From positions 62,001-126,000 of the forward strand of contig NIVC01000089.1 of NCBI GenBank assembly GCA_002269645.1: a stretch of DNA of 64,000 nucleotides, written 5' to 3'. Position 1 is the stretch's first letter; each line of letters starts with the position of its first letter. A program made the translations under genes and the position numbers. The notes beneath the pieces are model-generated. The model had not been told where the DNA came from. It worked only from the letters and a program-made list of their open reading frames with translations, and made no database searches. Positions 36,601 through 64,000 of this stretch are shown here, in pieces. The stretch is from Macrostomum lignano (lineage: Eukaryota).

Positions 36601-39600
36601 AATCTCACTCATTCTCAGCCTTGTACTATAGGATCTCACATCCCCTGAGTCGAACAGAGAAAATCAAAGCGCCAAAGAGCGGTGGCATACCCTTATCCGG
36701 CTTGTCGCATTTAGCTCGGCTACTTTCGAATACGAAATTCTTATCCGAATCGATCCAATACTTGCGCACGGAGCTGAGACTCCAGACGGCTAATTGGCGG
36801 CAGTTCTCAACTGGCTCAGTATAGAAACACAGCCGGATCTTCTGCACGTGTAGGCGGCCCTCTGCGCCGGCTTGAAGACGGCAGCCCTCAGTGCGAATCA
36901 GCCGGACCCGATAGTCAATGTCTGGCAATGGGGGGGGGGGATTAAGTACGGTAATTACAGTAAACTGTGGAGTTTAGTTTCTGTGGGGGACGCCATAGAC
37001 ATTTAAGTCAGGCCACAGATCTTACTCTAGTCATGGACTTAAGCAGTTTAGCAAAGTCTACTGAGGGAGGCTTGGCCATAGACTATAACTTTGAGCATTC
37101 AATATGGGAGAAAGCCCCGTTTGCTTCTCTTTGGCCTGAAAGCGACCCCACGCAATGGCGCCATGGCAGAGCGAAATCCCTTCCTCGCGGTGATCGGAAA
37201 GAAGAATTGTGCAAGGCCGATCAGGAAATGAGAGAATTCTTGGTTTTGGTTTTCCAATTTTGATTGTATATTCCAAATTCTTATGGTTGTGTATTCCCAA
37301 GCAGCCCGAGTCTGTGGCGTGGCTTGAATGTCTATGCCATTCCGTTTTGATTGTCCGAATTCCCATTTTGATTGTCAAATGCGACATTGCTTTTATTAGC
37401 CAAAGCTGCTAGTTCAGCTGGTCAACCAAACAGAGCATTGCCAATTGCCAGCAGTAGTTTTGGTCTTGACCATAGACATAAACGGAAAAGGCAAGGAAGT
37501 TGATCGTTCGGCCATAGACATCAGCATAAGGACGTATGCCAGCAGCAACCTCTCTCTCTCTTTCACACACAGCATTAGCTAGAGTTGGCTTAAAGCTGCC
37601 ACTTGTAGACCACTGTTTTCGGGGTGGAAACTTCAACATGTTGCCGAGAGTGTAATTCCAAACTCTGTTAAGTCTTGCACCTGTCGAACGCGTGTAGCGG
37701 TTCGCTTTCGCTTGCGATAGCAAATTCTCAAGGAAGAGTGCGAAGCAGACAGACGCAGGGAAAGGGGCACTATACTACACATTGGTGCAGTTCCAAGCGC
37801 AATATACTCAGCTAAAACTGAGACAGAGGCGAGTGGCTCAACACAGCGAAGTGGCAAAGATCAAAGAGCACAAGTTAGGCTAGAAAAAAATAAACTCCCT
37901 TATCAACAACTTAGCATTTCTTATACTGCTTACAGCAACGGAAATTCATAACAATTACAGATATGTGCCGTCTAATAACTGCAATCCAGGCACCGCACCA
38001 GTTCATATCGATTTTTGTTGCACTGTACTTTAAGCAAGACTAAGGACCCAGATCAACTGCTGGCAGACTAGACAATAATATTAGAAAGCAGAGACACAAC
38101 TGAAGGCTTATTGCTGCGGCTAGACAGAAATTGTCGAATTGAAGCACAGCAGCAGAGTCCCTCTTCAAACAGTCAACAGATTCGTATAGAACTCAGTATT
38201 TGCTCTTAATAAGAGCTGGAACAGCGGGAAATTCTTCACTAACGCAGGAAAGCCAGTCTCCGAGGGCATTCCAGTGATTCCATTTTATACTGGTATATAT
38301 ATTATGCATATCGCAATATATTTGTAAGACACGAATAAAGAGAAGAACAATGGGAGGGCACACAGAAGGCCAGCCCCAGACGCACAATCCGACCTATTTA
38401 AGAGCCTCTCAAACGGGCGACAAAGCGTGCACGCCCTGCCCATCATTACTGTTCAATAAGTCTGGCAATAGTACAGAAACTCCAAGACTGATAGAGCGGA
38501 TCGGGAGAGGCAGGAGAGGCGCTGACTCAGCCAAGTGAGCCTGTGCCGCTGCACGCGACCAGCGGAATTAACAGAGAACTAAAGCTCTGCATTGTGTGCA
38601 AGAGTTGAATTAGCTGATAATAATATGATGCTAGATCTTCAATTAACTAAAATAGCAGCTGGCATATTATCTAGAATAATACATACACAGCCCGTGTATT
38701 TTATTTTTATTAATAGCTGGCAAAACTGCATGCCAAGCCAAGGCAGAAGGGAATTCGGAATTCCAACTTCGCCAGTAGTGTTTATATCGTCTTGTAGGAA
38801 CTTCATTGCAGAAGCAGAACCTTCCAGACAGTTTTTGCTAGCGATATTGATAGTTCAATTTTAAGGAAAGCAGTATGCGGTCTGTCGAGTAAGTTGTCCA
38901 CTGATCGGGGGTGGGTGTCCACAGTAGTATCGGTGGGGGTCCACAGTAGGATCGGTGGGTGTCCACAGTAGGAGCAGTGGGGGTCCACAGTAGGATCGGT
39001 GGGGTCTCCACAGGAGGATCCGTGAGTGTCCACAGTAGGATCATTGGGTGTCCACAGTAGGATCGGTGGGTGTTCACAGTAGGATTGGTGGGGGTCTCCA
39101 CAGGAGGATCCGTGAGTGTCGAGAGTAGGATCGGTGGGTGTCACAGTAGGATCGGTGGGTGTCCACAGTAGGATCGGTGGGTATCCACAGTAGGATCGGT
39201 GGGTGTCCACAGTAGGATCGGTAGGTGTCCACAGTAGGATCGGTGGGTGTCCACAGTAGGATCGGTGGGTGTCCACAGTAGGATCGGTGGGTGTCCACAG
39301 TAGGATCGGTGGGTGTCCACAGTAGGATCGGTGGGTGTCCACAGTAGGATCTAGTTGCACTCAAACAGCTCATAGATGAATATGTAAGCAGCACTCACCG
39401 CTGACATATTTCTTAATAGTTTCACTCCACGACAGCAGATCGTGAATATCTTTCATAGCCAGAATAACAATGCCAGTGTCGCAGGTGAGCACAATGCAAT
39501 TATTGGCTGATTTGCCATTCCGAACGGCGCTATTGGAGCTGCCATAAACATTGGCGAATGGTTCGAGTTGGCCGCGCTCCTTAGCGGCATCGTGTTGAGC

Positions 39601-42143
39601 TTGGGATTTGAATATGTACAGCTTCAGATGTGCTGAAGACATTGGGGTGGTTGAATTAAAAGTCAGTAAGAGTTCGGTTATAATACTCTAACATAATCGA
39701 ATCATTGGAATAGAAATTACTCACTAGCAAAGTTTGAAGGCTTGCTGATCACACAATAGCGTTGTTTCAACTGCAAATGTGCATAACAATGGTTTACCTT
39801 TGTACATGGGTTTATGTATAGTAAATTTAGTTAAATATAGTCAAGTACAAGACATGCTATTACATTTAGAATAAGACATTTCAGACAAAAAGTATCAGAT
39901 AATATATTAATACCAATGACAGTTTAATAATTGTCAATGGACTTTGCAGTAACATTAAAATAGAGGCTTTTACAAACATAATTTTATATACATTGTAAAT
40001 GTAGTTTTTTCTAATGACTTGACATGACATTAATTTGAAATTTATCAAAGCTGCAATAGCTTTTGTATATCTTAAGCAACAAAGTGTCTAAGGCTTTAAG
40101 CTTATAAGTACTAATTATAAACTTTTTTTAACTTACCTAGTGTGCATCAAGAGACAATAAAAGTTTCATAGCTCTATATTAAATAGATATACCCTAGCAA
40201 ATAATGGAATTACAATATATATTATAGAGATAGGAACACATATTCAACTTGAATAGAAGAAATTAATATAACAATTTTTTTCATTTAAAACAAGAATAAA
40301 AACCTGTTCTCTGGTTAAATACAATTATGCAGGTGCTAGGTCTTCACCACTAGACTTTGGTAGACCATAGACCTTGTCCCTCTTGTCTATTTTGCAAATA
40401 TGTATAAATAAGAAATAACTAGTTTTTGCTTATTTTATCTATATATCTATCCCAAAGATTACTCAAATAGAAAGATAGGAAACTGTCTTAGAAAATTTTA
40501 AGAAGCAGAACAAGTTTTTAAAATAAATATATTGAGATAGAGGTTCATTTTTTAGCATCCAAATTGTTACTACTTTTTATTAGAGGTAGCTCCATGTTTA
40601 TTTTTGATATATTTAGCTTTTTAAAATAAATTTATTAAATATTCATGGAGCTTTTCATTTAGAAATTTTTTGTTAATTTTATATCTTATATATATGCGTT
40701 ATTGAAAATCCTTAAAAATGCATAGCATAGCTTGAGTTATTGCCTCTATTAATCTATTTATAATTTCTATTATCCTCTTTTGTCCAGTTAAGATATCAAA
40801 ATAAAATTAAAAAAGAAATTTTAAGAAAGTGAATATTCAAGAAAGTGAAAGTGTCTACAATTGTATTTTTGAAGAATTAAAAAATTTGCCTTTTTGGTGA
40901 AGTGAAAATTTGGGAAAATTTAATCATCTTGTTTCATAGGGTGAAAAGTTAGATTCAAATCCTTTCCTGACTGTGGCTTTTGGGCAAGCTGGTATGAATC
41001 AGTTATTGTCTATACCAGGCCATAGAATTGAGGACCCCTATCTAGCACCTTTTAACATATGTGGCTAGGTAGGAAAGGGGATGAGGAAAGAAAAACCACA
41101 ACTGGTTTTTTGTTGTCATTGATATTCTTTGCTTTTCATACTTTATTAGCCCATTTTATCCTTTGTTACTCCAAACATCATATATGCCCAATCTCAAAAT
41201 TTTACCTAACCAGTGCGACTTAGTTTTATCTAGATTTGCAACTTAATTCTTTCCAATTGTGACATTGTTCTTCCTAATTGCAACTTAATTTTCTTTTTAT
41301 ATATAACTTTTCTTGCATTTTTTCTTTTTCTCTTTCTTTTTCTCTCTCCTCTTTCCTTCCTTCTCTTTTCTCTCTCTTTTATTTTCTTTTTCTCTTTTTA
41401 TCCTTTTTTTCTTTCCCAATTTTTCATTTTTGCTTTTTTAATTTTGTAACTTATCTTGGCCAGTGGCCATTTTACCTATTTGGTTTAGATGGGTGAAACA
41501 TGTATGTTGATAATGGCTTACTGGGTGAGCCATAGTTAGGATCATGGCATACCTATGCTAGATGCCTAGAACAAATATTATCAAAATAGTTTGCATTATA
41601 TGTGCTAAAACTTTTTTTGCAAAAAACAAACACAAAAATTTGTATTTTCCCTATAAAAATACTAGTAAAACTTGTACTAGAATCTGTTTCATAGAAATAT
41701 AATGTTAACATATTTTAATTAAAAAAGCTGTCAATATACTGGCAAACAAAAAAATTCTAATTATGCATTAGACAATGCATTAGCCATTATTTGTTTTTTT
41801 ATTTAGCAATTTAAACAGTTTTAATTTTTTAAATATTTTAAATAATTGCCAGTCCAAATAAATGCTAGGCCTAGAAATTTCTGCTAATTCTGGCAAATCC
41901 ATTATGATCTTAAAATCAAAAAGGTTAGATTATATAGAAGATATACTACTATTGTTAATTGCCCCAATGCAAAACATAAGCTTATGCTTATGGTTAATGT
42001 TAACATTTACGTCATAAAAGCGTGCCATCGGTTTTTGCTGGAGTTCAAAATGAATTTACATTACTACTTACCTTTCGATTGGCAAAGAGCTCAACATTAC
42101 CACTAACCACGGGGCCTTTAAACAACATATCAGATGATTGCAT
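30655..42143 (-). CDS. Dok/IRS-type docking protein: PH domain, IRS-type PTB domain, long Tyr-motif-rich tail (~759 aa, 8 exons)
   Basis: Exons 42143-42072, 39770-39725, 39632-39399, 36921-36691, 35478-35389, 33341-32656, 31961-31548 and 31161-30655 join in phase (2280 nt). PH strands VVSGNVELFANRK/LKQRYCVISK/HLKLYIFKS..DLLSWSETIKKY. PTB: WSLSSVRKYW..NFVFESSRAKCDKPDKGSGVHQFESEQAEQIY. The acceptor at 31961 is the least certain junction. Confidence 0.82.
31205..31485. repeat. 20-bp minisatellite (AACACTCACAGACTACCCTA), Dok-like intron
   Basis: Tandem units read directly. Confidence 0.93.
32075..32635. repeat. 25-bp minisatellite (CTGTCACTCTTCCATGCCTTCCGAT), Dok-like intron
   Basis: Tandem units read directly. 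Confidence 0.95.
33490..34415. repeat. 21-bp minisatellite (GGGATTGGGATCCTCAGCTGT), ~44 copies, Dok-like intron
   Basis: Tandem units read directly. Confidence 0.97.
35515..36618. repeat. 42-bp minisatellite (CAGAGTGGAATCTCACTCATTCCCTCATCAGACTCTCACAGC), ~26 copies, Dok-like intron
   Basis: Tandem units fill almost the whole intron splitting the PTB domain. Confidence 0.96.
36994..37336. mobile_element. Putative MITE (~343 bp)
   Basis: Imperfect ~25-bp TIR CATAGACATTTAAGTCAGGCCACAG versus (rc) CATAGACATTCAAGCCACGCCACAG; no TSD seen. Confidence 0.5.
38905..39350. repeat. 22-bp minisatellite (GTCCACAGTAGGATCGGTGGGT), Dok-like intron
   Basis: Tandem units read directly. Confidence 0.94.
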
Positions 42144-43047
42144 GACAAGTCTATTCATAAAACATTCTTAAATGTCGGGATTAAATAGGGGCCTAGCGGT
42201 GAAATAGAAAATTGGAAAGTATTAAAATTAGGCACCTGCCCTACTGTCAAAAAAATCCAACTAGCGGGACTCAAGCCGTCCGGGTGTCCACTCTGATAAA
42301 AGTTTTTCATAAGGGCCTAATCATAAAATTGTTTTTTTTATAATTTTTATAATTATTTTATGCGTACTATAACGAAAGTTAAAAAGACAACTTAGTAAAC
42401 ACTGCCAATTCTAAAACAAAAAAGTTAATGAGTGACTAAAATCTTTCTAAAAAGCATTTTTTACAAAATATTTGCACCTAATAATTTGGCATAAATTTGA
42501 ACGAAAGGAAAATAAACTTATTATTTTTTGAATTGGTGTAGATTCGGTAACTGCTTCACGGATTTCCAGGATTGGGGCCTATCGAACTAATTAATTACCA
42601 TATTAACATTATATCAATGTTTAACTTATAAATTAGTAGTACGAAAGCAATAAATACTCTCTGTGTAGTTTAGACTCGTGTTTCTGCTTGACTAAATTAT
42701 AAGTATTTTTTAGCTTCAGTTATTCAGCCTCAGCTAAAAGGTAGGCCCCTATCAAATCTTATTAGTAGGCCTAACAGATCTCGACATCCACACCTTCTGT
42801 ATTTTAAGTAGTTTAGGCCTTCAGTCTAGAAATTTTACAATTATTTTACTGAGAAGCCACTATTAGTATTATTGCCTGTCTTCATCTTCAAGTGTTGTCA
42901 GGTTTAGAATTTTCTCAGAGGATAGGCTTGTTAATATTTTGTTAGTTAGGCCTTATCTTGATACTTACAAAACTTTAAGTTTTAGCTTTTTATTATAGTT
43001 AGGACCTAGCATTGGGTTAGCTTTCTGGTTAAAAAATCAGACCAAAA
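42144..43047. promoter_or_regulatory. Putative shared (head-to-head) upstream region of the Dok-like and DDX5/17 genes
   Basis: About 900 bp between two divergent predicted start codons (42143 on -, 43048 on +). Inferred from gene models only. Confidence 0.45.
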
Positions 43048-60997
<17,950 letters not shown>

Positions 60998-61443
60998 GTC
61001 AGGCCTGTTGGGAGCGGGAGATGTTCGGGGTGGGCAGCGGGCGTTTCTATTGCGCTTTTCTATCATTTTGCTTTAAAAACGAAATATATTACGAGGTCGC
61101 CTACTACTAGCGAGTAGCAATCGGAGAATGAGTAGGCGAGTATTTTAATCGTTAGTTTAATAGAATTTGAACAGTTTATATTTGTTTCAATATGTGTTGT
61201 TATACTATTAAATAGCTGTTGCTGCTGCTGCATTTTGAATTTTCATCACTAGTTGTTGATCTTGTAGGCGTTAGATGATTAATTCTATCAATAGATTTGC
61301 TCATAAGCTGCGGAACTTATTGCCTGATTATTGTTAATGCTTTTCATAAATTTATACCTATTAATAATGTTGATATTGTGCGTTTAATTCCGCAGTTTAA
61401 CAAGAGCAAGTTTTAAAAAAGAACACATTGACCTTTATTTCAG

Positions 61444-61521
61444 ATGAATTTCATGTTGGCTGCTTGCCGACTAGGGGGATGATAAAATAGCTTCTGATCA
61501 GCTCAGTTGCCATGCCAACGC
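61444..61521 (+). other. Candidate poison (stop-containing) cassette exon in the DDX motif-V intron
   Basis: Acceptor CTTTATTTCAG/AT, donor GC/GTAAGT; the phase-1 frame reads DEFHVGCLPTRGMIK* (TAG 61488-90). Confidence 0.5.
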
Positions 61522-61659
61522 GTAAGTATTTGAGTGCTTTGTTTTAAATAGGCGCGCGCCTCCTTGCCATGCTGTTTCTAGGGATTTTTTTATTTATTAT
61601 TCATTAGGGCTCTGTAGCGCATTGTGACTGGGTCGCGTTGTCCACTATTGTCTACCTGG

Positions 61660-62275
61660 GATTCTAGTGCTGCAATCCCATTGTGAGCAGATTCTAGTGC
61701 TGCAATCCCATTGTGAGCAGATTCTAGTGCTGGAATCCCATTGTGAGCAGATTCTAGTGCTGCAATCCCATTGTGAGCAGATTCTAGTGCTGCAATCCCA
61801 TTGTGAGCAGATTCTAGTGCTGGAATCCCATTGTGAGCAGATTCTAGTGCTGCAATCCCATTGTGAGCAGATTCTAGTGCTGCAATCCCATTGTGAGCAG
61901 ATTCTAGTGCTGGAATCCCATTGTGAGCAGATTCTAGTGCTGCAATCCCATTGTGAGCAGATTCTAGTGCTGCAATCCCATTGTGAGCAGATTCTAGTGC
62001 TGGAATCCCATTGTGAGCAGATTCTAGTGCTGCAATCCCATTGTGAGCAGATTCTAGTGCTGCAATCCCATTGTGAGCAGATTCTAGTGCTGCAATCCCA
62101 TTGTGAGCAGATTCTAGTGCTGCAATCCCATTGTGAGCAGATTCTAGTGCTGGAATCTCATTGTGAGCAGATTCTAGTGCTGCAATCCCATTGTGAGCAG
62201 ATTCTAGTGCTGGAATCTCATTGTGAGCAGATTCTAGTGCTGCAATCCCATTGTGAGCAGATTCTAGTGCTGGAA
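61660..62275. repeat. 30-bp minisatellite (ATTCTAGTGCTG(C/G)AATCCCATTGTGAGCAG) with a 3-unit higher-order pattern
   Basis: About 20 copies. Confidence 0.96.
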
Positions 62276-62444
62276 AATCAGAAAAGCCTATGCCAGTTTG
62301 TTTTAACCAATGAGGTAAACTCGCGACCCATCATGACATGCGGGTTTTAGGTGCTAATATAATATACTATTTAGTGTTAGTAATAGTATAATACTTACTC
62401 GTACTTAACATTGTAATCGTTAGGTACAATTACCTCTCCATATG

Positions 62445-63170
62445 GCCGCTTCTCTCAGCAGTCCTTCAGTGGCCGCTTCTGTCTCACCCCAGTCCTTCAG
62501 CGGCCGCTTCTTCCCTCAGTCCTTCAATGGCGGCCCCCCCCCAGTCCTTCAGCGGCCGCTTCTCCCCCCAGTCCTTCAGCGGCCGCTTCTCCCCCCAGTC
62601 CTTCAATGGCCGCCCCCCTCAGTCCTTCAGCGGCCGCTTCTCCCCCCAGTCCTTCAATGGCCGCCCCCTCAGTCCTTCAGCGGCCGCTTCTCCCCTCAGT
62701 CCTTCAATGGCCGCCCCCCAGTCCTTCAGCGGCCGCTTCTCCCCCCAGTCCTTCAGCGGCCGCTTCTCCCCTCAGTCCTTCAGCGGCCGCTCCCCCCTCA
62801 GTCCTTCAGCGGCCGCTTCTCGCCTCAGTCCTTCAGCGGCCGCTTCTCGCCTCCGTCCTTCAGCGGCCGCTCCCCCCTCAGTCCTTCAGCGGCCGATTCT
62901 CCCCTCAGTCCTTCAGCGGCCGCTTCTCGCCTCCGTCCTTCAGCGGCCGCTCCCCCCTCAGTCCTTCAGCGGCCGCTTCTCCCCTCAGTCCTTCAGCGGC
63001 CGCTCCCCCCTCAGTCCTTCAGCGGCCGCTTCTCGCCTCCGTCCTTCAGCGGCCGCTCCCCCCTCATTCCTTCAGCGGCCGCTTCTCCCCTCAGTCCTTC
63101 AGCGGCCGCTCCCCCCTCAGTCCTTCAGCGGCCGCTTCTCCCCCCCCAGTCCTTCAGCGACCGCTTTTCC
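62445..63170. repeat. ~27-bp GC-rich minisatellite (CAGTCCTTCAGCGGCCGCTTCTCCCCT)
   Basis: Tandem units, most containing GCGGCCGC. Confidence 0.95.
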
Positions 63171-63659
63171 CCTATAAATGGAGCAGCCGTACATGAGTTA
63201 GTATTAGATTGGTTGATATAGCCGTGGCACAGGAGGCGTCAATTTTATCTGTAGCTTTAGATGCTATGCAATCTGCGTTGGCTGAATGCGGCTGAAGTTT
63301 GTTTTGGAAGACTTCTAATATAATGCAGCAGCAGTGTTGCTTCCAGAAGCATTTTTTGCTTTGGCCCCTTTTGAGCGAGTAATTTTTGTTACAGATGTTA
63401 AAATACTACTAGCAGTAGCAAAATCGTTGCTGTAATGACTTTTTAAGGCGTTTAGGACGGTCAGTTAAAAGCTGGGCCATGCGTTCCTGTTAAATCCTGT
63501 TAAACTAGTATGTGAAATATTTACTGCGTTGTCATGCTGTTGTCAAGCTGCAACAAACCTAACTGTTGCAAGTGATTTTCTAGCTGCTCAGCTCAGAAAA
63601 TGCCACTTTTAACAGTTCAGAGCTGCTCAGAATCTGCTAACTTTGTTTAGTTTCTCCTA

Positions 63660-64000
63660 CCACTTTCGGTAGTTCCTCAGCTGCTCAGGATCTGCTAATT
63701 TTGAGTAGTTCCTCAGCTGCTCAAAATCTGCCACTTTGGGTAGTTCCTCAGCTGCTCAAAATCGGTCACTTTGAGTAGTTCCTCAGCTGCTCAAAATCGG
63801 TCACTTTGAGTAGTTCCTCAGCTGCTCAAAATCGGTCACTTTGGGTAGTTCCTCAGCTGCTCAAAATCTGCCATTTTGAGTAGTTCCTCGGCTGCTCAGA
63901 ATCTGCCACTTTGGGTAGTTCCTCAGATGCTCAGAATCTGTCATTTTGGGTAGTTCCTCGACTGCTCAGAATCTGCCATTTTGGGTAGTTCCTCAGCTGC
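63660..64000. repeat. 35-bp minisatellite (GAGTAGTTCCTCAGCTGCTCAAAATC..CACTTT), runs off the window
   Basis: Tandem units read directly. Confidence 0.93.

Noticed and set aside
37400-38560. Possible degraded LINE reverse-transcriptase C-terminus on the minus strand
   Set aside because: Only faint motif echoes (SVLAEY, VWN..SFK..L) across several frames; too weak to call without a profile search.
61270-61500. Box C/D snoRNA candidates in the DDX intron (ATGATT..CTGA; ATGAAT..CTGA)
   Set aside because: C boxes are imperfect, spans only ~55 nt, and no convincing terminal stem or rRNA antisense element was recognised; snoscan would be needed.

Overview
Eukaryotic (animal) genomic DNA with GC-rich exons, GT-AG introns packed with private minisatellites, and AT-rich transposon-filled spacers. 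This style resembles the flatworm Macrostomum, which is an inference from composition and not a match. Six host genes can be reconstructed by hand. (1) 5' part of an AMPA/kainate-type ionotropic glutamate receptor (-, runs off the left end). (2) eIF2B alpha (+, complete). (3) SLC43-family MFS transporter (+, start codon unresolved). (4) NIF3L1 (+, complete, one probable GC-AG intron). (5) PH+PTB Dok/IRS-type adaptor (-, complete 8-exon model). (6) DDX5/DDX17/Dbp2 helicase (+, runs off the right end). The most notable element is a 9.2-kb Mutator-like transposon (43660-52895) with a perfect 9-bp TSD and foldback ends built from 12-bp units, lying in the putative first intron of the helicase. Its decayed spliced gene appears to encode an L7Ae/L30e/S12e/Gadd45-like domain, a DDE transposase, a Ulp1-type protease and a PHD finger. 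Other highlights are a 60-bp satellite derived from the catalytic TGDETW motif of a dead mariner, a stop-containing cassette exon in the conserved motif-V intron of the helicase, a MIR-like CORE-SINE with an intact TSD, and several nested MITEs. All coordinates and alignments were made by eye with no database searches. Repeat boundaries and copy numbers are approximate. Most long ORFs in the supplied track are artefacts of tandem repeats.
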